Source of the DNA: Octopus bimaculoides
Taxonomy: Eukaryota
Assembly (NCBI RefSeq): GCF_001194135.2
Contig: NC_068982.1
Span: 166,519,839 to 166,563,606, forward strand
Direction: 5' to 3'
DNA length: 43,768 nucleotides
A program made the position numbers and the translations under genes. The notes beneath the pieces were generated by a model that saw only the letters and a program-made list of their open reading frames with translations, was not told where the DNA came from and searched no databases. How positions within the stretch are numbered: the stretch's first letter is position 1; each line of letters starts with the position of its first letter. Positions 12,286 through 23,614 of the stretch are shown piece after piece.

Positions 12286-12387
12286 GTGTGTGTGTGTGTG
12301 TGCGTGTGTGTGTGTGTGTGTGTGGTGTGTGTGTNNNNNNNNNNGTGTGTGTGTGCGTGTGTGTGTGTGTGTGTGTGGTGTGTGTGT
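12286..12387. repeat. (GT)n microsatellite spanning a 10-N gap
   Basis: Seen directly; N at 12335-12344. Confidence 0.95.
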
Positions 12388-12447
12388 ATATTTGATGCTA
12401 GAGTTCACCTAAAATAATTTCTCATAAAAGTAATAAGTCTCACTTAC

Positions 12448-12529
12448 CTGGCATGATAACCTCTGGAAAGCCAATTTTACGAGATATTGCTGTCCCAGGT
12501 AAAACTAAATGTGGGTAATCATCCCAGAT
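12448..12529 (-). CDS. DOCK1: DOCK-A exon l (82 nt): [27 protein letters not shown](G)
   Basis: Acceptor tttacatgcag, donor gtaagt. Matches [24 protein letters not shown]. Confidence 0.95.
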
Positions 12530-12944
12530 CTGCATGTAAAAACATATATAAATACATATCATCATCATTGCCGAAATAACTTCTAACAAATGCAAAATGT
12601 CACAAATTTTGAGGAGCAGAGGTCAATCAGTTAAATCAACCATAGGAATTGTCTTGTACTTATTCTATCCCAAAAGAATGCGAGGAAAATTCAAGTAGTT
12701 AAGGTTACTGAACTTTCCTCTTTTCACATTGTCAGTAGCTTCTCTGTCTTCTTTATTTGTTATTTTACTTTTGTATCACCATGCTTCAAGCAAACTACAA
12801 TGCTCTTCACTCAGAATGTAAAGAATCACAACTAAAAACTGCAAGTGTTTATTAAAGTTTTTGCTTCTCTACGAATTATGCCAACCACTGCATTTAATAA
12901 AACAAAACTATATAATCATATATATAATATAATCATATATACAA

Positions 12945-12995
12945 AGCTGTGCCCCAGCATGGCCACAGTATAATGACTGAAACAAGTGAAAGTTG
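12945..12995 (+). mobile_element. SINE type A tail fragment
   Basis: gccccagcatggccacagtataatgactgaaacaagt. Confidence 0.7.
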
Positions 12996-13244
12996 AAAGC
13001 TAATGATCATAAGTATGTATATATAACCAAAACTCTAATCAAGCTGAGGGATCGATCTAAGCTGATAGAAAATTTTTTTAAATGCCAATTTGGATAAGTT
13101 TTAATAAAAATGTTAATTTATTGTTGATTTTGAGCAATATTATCATTTAAAACTGACAATTCCCTCTCTACACTCTCATTCGCTATGAACACATCCTCTT
13201 TTTCTGTTTCATCTGATTTTCACCATTGAAGTAAAACTGAAACT

Positions 13245-13672
13245 GTAGCTGTGGCCAGTGCCCCCCTGATTGGCTCCCATTCCAGTGGCATGTAAAATGC
13301 ACCATTTGAATGTGGTTGATGCCAGTGCCCTCTGACTGGCTCCCATGCTGATGGCACGTAAAAAGCATTGTCCAAACATGGCTGATGCCAGTGTCCGCTG
13401 ACTGGCTCCTGTGCTGGTGGTACGTAAAAAGCACTATCCAAACATGATCGATGCCAGGGTCACCTGACTGGCTTCTGTGCCAGTGGCATGTAAAAAGCAC
13501 CCACTACATTCTTGGAGTGGTTGGCGTTTAGAAGGGCATCCAGCTGTAGAAACATTGCCAGATCAGATTTGAGCCTGGTGCAGTTGCTGGCTTCCCAAAC
13601 CTCAGCCAAACTGTCCAACCCATGCCAGCATGGAAAACGGATGTTAAATGATGATGATGAGGAACTTAGATT
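13245..13672 (+). mobile_element. RTE-type LINE 3' UTR fragment with four ~66-bp tandem units and (GAT)n tail
   Basis: Units start at 13254, 13321, 13387 and 13453. The 3' end is the same as in the 10390 and 19925 copies. Confidence 0.85.
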
Positions 13673-14306
13673 TACTTCTTTATCAGTTCCACCATTAGTT
13701 AATTATACTGACTTTTGCTCTTATGAAACATTGTTATAGCAATTATAATTTTTTAAAAACAGAAAATATTGATAATGTATAGTAAGAAAAGCGAATCAAA
13801 ATATTTCTACATTTCACTATTTTGTCAGTTTTTATTCAGAGTTACCACCCTTCCAGAAGACTTGGAGGACCGTGTCTTCCACTTTTGACATTGTGGCTTT
13901 GGCCAGATGCCCTTTTTTAACACTGATAGAATGTACTAGGTACAATTTTCTTGACACTAGAACTAAAGTGGTTGTCTTTTTCTTGGCAAGACTAACAAGT
14001 CCTCTAACCTAATGTTTCTGTTCATTTGCCAAACACTTTACAACACTTGGAAAACACTATGCGAAATGCATTTTATCATGACACCAGCTCTGAAGTGGCA
14101 GTCTTGTTCTTTACAAAATTAAATAGTCCTCTCTTCATTGTTCAAATTCAAGGCAAACATAACTGAGTGTACAGACAAGACAGTAATGACTAAATTTTCT
14201 TAGAAATACTTTAAAAATTATTTTACCATTGTTTTTGGTTGCCTTTTATATTTCATTATTTTATAAGTTCCTAACTTATTTAAAGATTTAAAGGTGAACA
14301 GTGCAC

Positions 14307-14309
<3 letters not shown>

Positions 14310-14348
<39 letters not shown>
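14310..14348. repeat. (TA)n microsatellite
   Basis: Seen directly. Confidence 0.95.
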
Positions 14349-14352
<4 letters not shown>

Positions 14353-15124
14353 CAAAAATATATTCTAATACATAAACTAAGAGAAAACTACCTGCTGGAT
14401 GTTTTTCCTAGTAATTAAAAGTCTAATATGAACAATCATTTAACACAAACTGCATATTTCAGATCTAATGACTTACTTATTTTATTATAACTCAGTAAGC
14501 AAAAGCATTGTTGGCTACAGGTTTCCAATGAAACAATCATTGGTTCATTGCATTTCTGATAGAAAGAGTGATTATCTGTGAAAATTAGATGAAACAAATA
14601 TCCAAACAATGATTTTATTTGAAAGTATTGTTTCTTTTTTATTACTTTTGTTTTTATCTTTCACCATAGTGAATTGGTAGGAGCATTACAATGTCAAGTA
14701 AAATACCTTACAATATATATTTTGGTTTCTTAAATGCCAAGTTCAATTTCCACCAAGATCAACTTTGCTTTTCATCTTTCCAAGGTCCATAAATAAGTAC
14801 CAGTTTAAGGTAGTGGACTATGAAATTGTTAGAACATTGAACAGGATGCCTTGTGATCTTTGTTCAGAGATCTTTGTAGTCTGTATTCAAATTCCACTGA
14901 GACTTTCTTAAGCGGTAGACTTAATCAATAATGGTTTAATGTCATCATTTAGCCTGTGAGGTGACTTTAACTGAATTCACTCTGTTGCAAATATTTGAGC
15001 CAGATTTCTAGTTTAAGGATACTTCCCAACCTTCTGTCAATCTTAGAGGCCATGTAAAGGGTCATGGGCACTGCCCCTCATCTTCATTGAGCAATAGTAA
15101 AATACATTAATGAAATACACACAC

Positions 15125-15300
15125 ACACACACACAGAAATATAAATTATAGTCTTTTATACATTTTCCATCAACAAGTTCTGTTCAGATGGTACTGGATA
15201 ACCTGAAATTATGGTAGACTACACTTGGCTAAGATGCTGTGCAGTGAGATTGAACCTGGAAGTGTATGATTATAAAATTAACTTCTTAATAAAACTTCCA
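15125..15300 (-). mobile_element. SINE type A head/body, degenerate
   Basis: ttttccatcaacaagttc..ggtagactacacttggctaagatgctgtgcagtgagattgaacctgg is a decayed reverse complement of 8650-8780. Confidence 0.55.
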
Positions 15301-15744
15301 TGATGACATTATAACATTTAGTTTCATTCTGCTATATTTTGTGTTTAAGGTCTACTTTTACACCAATGAGGCCTATCACTCTCTTCATTCACAAAATGCA
15401 ATTAGCTTCTTTGTAATTTTTATCAGAGGATAACAAAAGTTCTGCAGCTAAGAATGAGAGCTCTAATAGAAGGGACTCTGGACTCATCACATATAAAAGA
15501 AGATAGATTGCTGATTTAAGGAGCAGAAAATGCCCAAGCAGGCGAAATCTGCAATACAGTCAACAACAAGCCTCCACCCCACTACCACTCAAAAAAAAAA
15601 GGACAACTAGAAATCCTCTGGACATCACTAAAAGAGATGGAAAACATCAATGAAAGGTGTGAATAGATGATGGAGAAATGAAGCAGGACCCAGAATATAT
15701 GCAGTGGTGGATTACTTGCAGAGTAGATGTAGAAGATAATTTAC

Positions 15745-15865
15745 CTGTTGTGAGTCTCCTTCCAGCACTTTAATGGAAACCCACACACCTTGGCCTTTAT
15801 GATCACTTTCGCGTCCACTTGTAATTTTCTTTATCACAGTTTCAAGAAATTCTCTTTCACCACAC
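15745..15865 (-). CDS. DOCK1: DOCK-A exon k (121 nt): CGEREFLETVIKKITSGRESDHKGQGVWVSIKVLEGDSQQ
   Basis: Acceptor attacag, donor gtaaat. Matches GENDFLQTVINKV..NHKGQGLWVTLKLLPGD. Confidence 0.94.
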
Positions 15866-18386
15866 CTGTAATTTAGTAAATAAATCCCATCATTTACTGA
15901 AACAACAATATCATAAATATTTTTAAAAAATGTTGCTTATTATATCATTTATGGATTGGTGGGCTATAGAAATTTAGATATTTAAGTTACCAATTACATT
16001 ACTATTTATCCTTCTTGTCAGCAGTTCTTCCACAAAGAGCTACTGACTCCTCTCAAGTTACTAAAATTTAAAAGTTTTTATCCATTCAATAATTTTGTTA
16101 GGATTTATTCTATGTAAAATTGAATTTATTAATGTTTAAAACTATCAAGCAACTCAAAAAGTGGCCACATGATTCAATAACTTTGAACATTTTTGTTTTA
16201 CTTTCACTCCACAGAAGCAGAATTGCTTGTTGAATATCTCAACAGAAAAATATCAAACAAATGCTGCTCCTAAAATAAATTCACACATCCATATGTATCT
16301 TACAGATACAAATATAAAGACAGATTGAGAAATGTAAAAACAACAACAACAGCAACAACAAAAACAAGACTGTACTCAGAATAAGCAAAGAAAAGCAGTA
16401 CTATTACAATAACCAACGACTGAAGAAAAATGCATTTGTAAGAAATCCAAAAGCAGTCAATTTTCCTTATAAATTTTTATCTTGCTATACCTCCTGAAAC
16501 TAATTGACAATATCAGAATTATTAATGTAAAAACAAGTAAAATTCAACAATCAGGGTAGTGGTCTACCTATACAATAGGAATATTCAAGAAATTCTATAG
16601 AATCAACATGAAGTATGTAAAGAAATGGAAAATATTCTGTTGTAATAATGACTAAGAAGGAGGGAAATGTTGAACTTATCGTTGAGCATTTGAGAGAAAA
16701 TCTTCAATAAACTACATTTTTTTAAAAAAGGGAAAGGAAATAAAGCAAACCTAGAATAACACATTGGAAATAAAACAAGTTGACTATACAAAATATTAGC
16801 TGTGTAATTATTAATACTAAATAATAAGTACTTTTAAGTGAAAATTGATAGATCAAGTATGTTGTTGCTTTCTGAATTGAGATGACAGAAAAAAAACATT
16901 CAAAGCATTTTTTTCTTCTTAAACAAATTGTCGTTCATAAAAATTAATTAAATAAAATGTATAAAATTAAATAATGACAAACAGACATATTTAAACTCTT
17001 ATTGTTATTAACATCATGATGTTGGTAACGATTGGATCTTTGGATTAGCTTGTGCCACATTGCTGTAATACTGCATTAATTCATTTTAGGTCTACTGTTG
17101 TATACAAGCTCTTATATGATGTGATGGGAGTATATGCACAAGGAGTGAAAAGAAGAGATAATAAAAGCAAATTTAGTTTTCTACCAGAATATGAAGAAAC
17201 TTGAAATACATGCTTCTCATTTTGGCCAATGGAAGAAATTGCACAAATAAAAATACAAGATCTTGTTTTTATTGACAGACAAAAGAAATTTTAACAAAGA
17301 GACCTTTCTTTATATCAAAAAAAAAAAAAAAAAAAAAAAAGAAATGATAACTTAAATTAGAACAAATGTCAGCATTAATAGAGAAAACTGAGAAATCATT
17401 AAGTGTCTGGACCGAGTACAACAGACAGATGTGAGATTGTAGTCAGAGGGTTCAACTTACCAAAAGAATTAATCTTTAAAATACAATTTTAAAAAATTTG
17501 CTTGGAGAGAAAAGAACCCAAATATTGTTATAACTACATTTAAAATACTTTCTATGCATTTCTTTGTTAATTTTTTAGTGTATATGTGTATGTGAGATAC
17601 AAAACTTCAATTTAGAACTATATGAAATAATATGCAGTCGAGTCACCAAATAGTTCAATGCAGTAAAGTAAATTTAATATTTATAACTTATTGACATGCT
17701 CAAGAATATTAATTCATTTTGCTGTAAAACAATATTAGTGTTAAGGTTCTAAATTCTGTTGGCAGAACTCATTGGCTCCTGACTATGAGGAGTTTTAATT
17801 CTCATATGACTTTCTGAAGGTGGTGTAGAGCTATTGATAATAAACAAACTATACTTCACTTCTCCAAGTATAGTTCAAACAATGTTTTGTGAAATAAAAT
17901 TTTATTGAATGCTATGCTACATGACCAACAAATATGCTAGTAAAGAGTTGATGTTAGAGTATTCCTGACCTCAGGAGCCCTAGAGAAAAAAAAGTCACCA
18001 TTGACTCAACACACAAAATGTACATGGCTCTAAGCCAATGATGCAGTTCCCTGATGCATAAATACAGAACTGTGAAATTAACAAGTATTTTATTAGTTTC
18101 AAGTACAAATTAAATTCCTTCAGATGGAAAGGTTATGTGCTATAGACAAACACTCTATTCAATAAGTAAAGTTGTTTCTCAAATGCTTTACAGCAAAAGG
18201 TGGAGATCAGAACTAGTGCTATGGAACTCTAACCATATCATTAAGTTAATACACAACATGAGAGACAGAGACAGAGAGAGAAAATTTATTACAAGTGACT
18301 ATGTAACAAACCATGTTTTTATAAACTGATGTAAAGTTAAAATATTGTCAGAGAGATGGAAATATAACAAAATTTATGTCAATATA

Positions 18387-19610
18387 TTGGGTCATCCCAT
18401 AAATAATGCGTTTTTTTTTCAATTGCTTGAAAAGTTAGAGGGGGTGGGGCAGGATAAAGTAACTTTATCAACTTGCTATAAAAGCAGGTAGTAATTTTAC
18501 TTTGTCTTTATTCTTTGTGTAAGTTTTGAAGAGTGCAGTTTGATTTTAACAGTAATTTTTTCAAAGCTAAGCTTTATGAGTTCAATAAAGGCAACAATGC
18601 AACGGAAAGTGTGAGGAATATTAATGTAGTATATGGGGATCGGACAACAAATGTAAGCCAGTGTCCAAGATGGTTCCAGAAATTCCGAGCTGGAAACCAC
18701 AGCCTAGAAGACGAGCCTTATTCTGGAACATCTGTAGAGCTGAACGAGGATGTCCTGCAAACCCTGGTGGAACCAAATCCCATCATAACTGATGAGGAAC
18801 TAGCAGAGAAGCTTGGATTTGGTCATTCAACTATTCATCAACACCTGTGTGCCATTGGAAAAGTCAGCAAATTGGGTCAACGGGTTCCTCACAAACTTTC
18901 CAAGTCTAATTGCATGCAGAGTGAATGTGTGCTCATCTTTGCTGTCATGTCTCATGAATAAACCTTTTTTGAACCGAATAGAGACTGGTCGCAAGAAATG
19001 GGTTCTCTATAAAAATGTCAAGTACTGAAAAGAGTGGGTAGGGAAAGGAGAAACACTGGCACCTTGGGCTTAAGAGGGTCTTCACCCACATAAGGTATTG
19101 CTATCTGTTTGGTGGGATATGAAAGGTTTAGTCCACTTTGAACTTTTAAACACAAACCAAATGATAACAAAGCTCCAAGCAGCATAAGTCAGCACTAGAA
19201 GAAAAATGACCATCTTTGGTTTCAAGATGAAAGATGTTCTTCCATCAGGATAATGCTTGGTCACATATAATGAGGATGACATTCCAAAGGCTGGAGCATT
19301 TTAATGGGAAATGATGCCCCACCCACCATATTCGCCAGGCATTGGCCACCATCTGATTATCACCTATTCTGCAATCTTCAAAATAATTTGGATGGAAAAA
19401 AATATGAATTCTGTAGATGAGATCAGAACAGTACTGGAGGAGTATTTTTCATCACGGACAAGTGAATTTTGGAAGAGGGGCCTTGCAAATGTACCAGATA
19501 GATGGAAGAGCATTGTAGAAAATGAAGGAGAGTATATTTTAGATTTGTTTATCTCAATTTTGAAAAATAAAACAAGTATAAAAAAACTGCATTATTTATG
19601 GATGACCCAA
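18387..19610 (+). mobile_element. Full-length (1224 bp) non-functional mariner (DD34D) transposon
   Basis: TIRs ttgggtcatcccataaataatgc and gcattatttatggatgacccaa with flanking TA. Transposase remnants: YEFNKGNNATE..WFQKFRAG..LEDEP, WVPH-like RVPHKL, TGRKKWVLY (first catalytic D lost), LSVWWD, HQDNAWSH, HPPYSP and PSDYHLF. Several frameshifts. Confidence 0.95.
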
Positions 19611-19924
19611 TACAACAAGATACACACATCATTATCATTCCTTCACATGAGTTTTCCATGCTGGCATTGTTGGAGGGATATTCATGGTTTGAATCAGTTC
19701 TTGTTTGGGGTTACTACCAGGTGTGACCAAGAGACTAGGGACCTAACTCTTGCTCCACACACACACACACACACCTCCAAGTCGTTTCATACATGACTAC
19801 TAGTAGGGAGTCAACTTTGATTTTCATTTTTCCAGATTTAATAAAATCAAATTGTAGAATGGTATTTGATTATAGTTGAATTGATAGAGTGTTGCTTCCC
19901 CACAAAAAAGTTGCGGCCTGTTTA

Positions 19925-20468
19925 AAAGTACCTTTCAATCATTGGGCAATATACTGTGTTTGAGAAGACCTGTTGAGTCAAGTGAAATCATTGTCATGGC
20001 CGATACCAGTACCGCCTCACTGGCACCCATGCTGGTGGCACGTAAAAAGCAGCATTCGAGTGTAGTCAATGCCAGTCCCACTGCACTGGCTCCCATGCTG
20101 GTGGCACGTAAAAAGCACTGTATGAGCATGGTCGATGCCAGTGCAGCCTGACTGGTCCCGTGCCGGCGGCATGTAAAAAGCATCATTCAAGTGTGGTTGT
20201 CGCCAGTGTCACCTGACTGGCCTCTGTGCTGGTGGCATGTAAAATGTACCCACTACACTCTTGGAGTGGTTGGTGTTAGGAAAGGCATTCAGCTATAGAA
20301 ACCTTGCCAGATCAGATTGGAGCCTGGTGCAGCCTCCTGGCTTGCCAGTTCTCAGTCAGACCATTCAACCCATGCCAGCATAAAAAGCAGACCTCAAAAG
20401 ATGATGATGATGATGATGATGATGATGANNNNNNNNNNATGATGATGATGATGATGATGATGATGATC
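19925..20468 (+). mobile_element. RTE-type LINE 3' end with four ~66-bp tandem units and a long (GAT)n tail (contains an N gap)
   Basis: Units start at 20005, 20071, 20137 and 20202. Terminal ccatgccagcat stem-loop, then (GAT)n at 20401-20468. Confidence 0.85.
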
Positions 20469-20934
20469 AGCTGTCCAGTTTTTATCATTTAAATCTTACT
20501 GGTCTTGTCTACCTAGCTAAAGCTAGGATGTCAATATTGCTTGTACTGCTCACAGCTGTGAGTAGTACAAGCACTTTATGCTTTAACAAATGTTCCATGA
20601 ACTGCCAGGTCTGAGTTCAAGTCATGCGAGCCTCTTATGAATTTCAAAAAGTTGTGTGTGTGTGTGTGCGCGTGTGTGGTGTATGTATCATCATTTCATC
20701 CTCATCATCATTTTAACATTCACTTTTTTTATGATCAAAAATGGCAAACAGAATTTGCTGGGGTAGCTTTTCTACAGTTGGATGTCCTTCCTGTTGTCAA
20801 CCATCACCTCTTTCCAATATTTCCTTATGTCCAGATATGTTTTCATGGAAAATTGGAAATGAAGGACACTGAAGTGACATTTGTTAACAACTATTAACAC
20901 AATATCAAAACTAACATACATTCATACATGTATA

Positions 20935-21080
20935 CACAATGGGATTCTTTCAGTTTCCCCTTACCAAATCCTCTTACAAGCTTTGGTTGACCCAGGGCTA
21001 CAGTAGAAGACACTTGTCCAAGGTACCATGCAGTGGGACCAAACCTGAAACTATGTGGTTGGGAAGCAAACCTTTTAACT
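20935..21080 (-). mobile_element. SINE type A head/body
   Basis: ctttcagtttcc..ccaaatcc..gctacagtagaagacacttgtccaagg..aaactatgtggttg is the reverse complement of 8650-8770. Confidence 0.8.
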
Positions 21081-21425
21081 TCACAAAAATATCAGCATGT
21101 TAGATATGGAAAAATATCCCAATTTAAAATAAAGATAATTATATCTCTTAACAAGCTGCCATGACTTGACTAGTTTGGTTGGGACAATTACATCAATAAG
21201 TATTTTTCTAATTTTAGATAACTTATTAACTGAAAAGTTTCTACTGCTAGCTTTGTGTTCTTCAGGCAAATCTCACATCAGCAACACCATTCTATATTTT
21301 CTTTGACTTGCATTGCTTCACCTTCATTCTGTGTCAATACACAACTTCAGTCTCATTTTTTGCATCGTATTTCTTATCAATTTATTCAAATAATGTACAT
21401 TCTTAAAACACTGTATTTCACTTAC

Positions 21426-21501
21426 ATGTGGACATGAATAAAATGCTGTGTGTCTTCATTGCACTCAAGTGTGCCTTGAATGAAAGCAGTAACATCCATA
21501 G
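21426..21501 (-). CDS. DOCK1: DOCK-A exon j (76 nt): (A)MDVTAFIQGTLECNEDTQHFIHVH(M)
   Basis: Acceptor cttattcag, donor gtaagt, phases 1/2 fit the neighbouring exons. Matches VMDVTDIINGKVDDEDKQHFIPFQ. Confidence 0.9.
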
Positions 21502-21740
21502 CTGAATAAGAAAGAGGAGGAAAAACAGTTAATTTTTGTTTTCACTCAATGACATTCACAACACAAAACAAAAACAAGACATGTTCTTTGACAGAGAATT
21601 TTAACAAGATCTTCTTGAAGCAGTCACGAGTAAGATACACTATGCCAGGAATCTCTGTCCCCATTAGCATTGGTAAGTCCTCAATCTCATGCTATCTACC
21701 AATAACATCAATATACTTCAGTGGTCTTCATTCTCTATCA

Positions 21741-21965
21741 AAGTGGTTCTCAACCAGGATCCATATAAGATTTTGCTGTTAAAATTTATGTGCACTAAAT
21801 TGGTTATATATCTACAACACAAAATATTTTAACAGATTTTTTATACAATTCCTAATAATATTTAGTTACAAAAAAATAATAGGATATTCTAAAACATGAA
21901 ATAGTTTAGTAGAGTGAAATAAGAATCAAATGGGTCCATATGTAAAAAATGGTTGAAAACCACTG
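21741..21965. mobile_element. hAT (Charlie-like) MITE, 225 bp
   Basis: 15-bp TIRs aagtggttctcaacc and ggttgaaaaccactg, with an exact 8-bp target-site duplication ctctatca at 21733-21740 and 21966-21973. Confidence 0.85.
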
Positions 21966-22601
21966 CTCTATCAGAGTATGAGAGAATCCTAAGTGTAACA
22001 TCTGTTATGGCCTGTTATTCAGCATAATACCAGTTGCTAGTAAAGTCAACGCTCCATTGAGCAACAATACTAGAGATGAGTGGAAAGTGTCTTTTAATCT
22101 CCTTTATGTTTTTCTGCACCCACCATGATATGTTTTAAGCCTTCATAAGAAGCCTGGTGTATGTACCATCAGGGCAATCTTGAAGGCGCTTATATTTTGT
22201 TTTATCATAAAGAACCTACCTAGCCACTACCATCTAAAGATTACTTTAAGTTTCAGTGATTAGACTGTGACCATGCTGGAGCAGCACTTTCAAGTGTTTT
22301 AGTCAGTTATCAACTATTGTCAAATTTCTCAGTTTCAATATATTAACTGCAAATATAACTGAACAAAAAGTAAAACTGAAATAGCAAGAAAGTCATTATA
22401 TGTGACAGATATGATTGGATAATTATAGATAATTATACCATCTAAAGATTACTTTAAGTTTTACCATTACTGCAGAACACTCAAAGACAGTGAGATTCCA
22501 GTTGTATTGTACAGAAATATATTTAGGGAGCTACAATATATAAATGCATTATGCAAACTCAACTGTCACAGTGATATCTGGAAACAATGTGCAAAATTTA
22601 C

Positions 22602-22716
22602 TTGGTTTACAGAGACAAATGCTTACATTGTATGTTTATGGAACATATTTCTAATTGCTTTGTTTACAATGTAAACAAATGATTACATTGTAAGTTTATG
22701 TGACATTTCTAATTGC
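22602..22716. repeat. Two-copy ~57-bp tandem duplication
   Basis: Unit 1 is 22602-22658 and unit 2 is 22659-22716; both end in tttctaattgc. Confidence 0.75.
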
Positions 22717-22769
22717 TAATTAGAATATAATTGTAAATATTCTAACATAAACACATATGGGAAAACATC

Positions 22770-23110
22770 TTTTACAATCATGTCATTCAAGTCTGATCCT
22801 ACTACAAGGCACCTTGGGCAAATGTCATCTAACATTACCTCAGATTGACAAAAATCTTGTGAGTGAAATTTAGTAGAAATTGTATAGAAGACAATCATGT
22901 GTGTGTGTGTATGTGCGTGTGTGTGTGTGTATTTGTGTATACTGCAGTGAACTCCTTCTGATATATTTTCTCCCAACCTGCAAGTAACTCCCTAAAAAGA
23001 GTCATAACTTAAAGAAAAGCTGAGAAATTTGACAATAATTGATAACTGACTAAAACCCTTGAAAGTGTTGCTCCAGCATGGTCACAGTCTAATCGCTGAA
23101 GCCGGCAAAA
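22770..23110 (+). mobile_element. SINE type A, degenerate
   Basis: ggcaccttgggcaaatgtc..cttgtgagtgaaatttagtag, (TG)n, and the tail gtgttgctccagcatggtcacagtctaatcgctgaa. Confidence 0.7.
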
Positions 23111-23614
23111 AAAAATTAAAGAATGCTAATGTAGTAAATGTTTCCTTATTCCTCTTCATTATTTAGTTACATTAAAAGTAAAGTCACTTAATAAAAAGCC
23201 TCACTATTAAGGTACATATATATGTTGGTAAATATTGTTCCAATATATTAACTGCAAATATAACTGAACAGAAAGTAAAACTGAAATACCAAGAAAGTCA
23301 TTATACGTGACAGATACGATTGGATAATTATAGAAAATTTATGAATTTTATTCTCTTTGTCAACTGTTTTTAGAAAACACGACTTTATGACACTTTTTAG
23401 ATTTCATAATGAAGCTTCAGATGCTTTATATATCTGTATGCATTGACATTATTCTATCCACCCCACGCATTTTAGTATCTTTACTGCTAATTGCTACTGA
23501 CTATGTAAACAAGACTACCAGATGACAACTACTGTTTATCTAATATATTTAGGTTCTCCCAACAGATTGTGAGTGTGGTTATAAGAGATTAGGTAGGTGG
23601 GAAAATGCACATAC

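Noticed and set aside
13254-13505. CRISPR-like array (also 20005-20250)
   Set aside because: The whole 66-bp unit is repeated with no unique spacers, the context is eukaryotic, and the array lies within a LINE 3' UTR.
17455-17480. 13-nt microexon candidate attaattcttttg|gtaagt
   Set aside because: Not a multiple of three and the acceptor is A-rich.
21081-21269. ORF MPEEHKASSRN.. as a DOCK exon
   Set aside because: No similarity to the DOCK sequence expected here; the real exon is 21426-21501.
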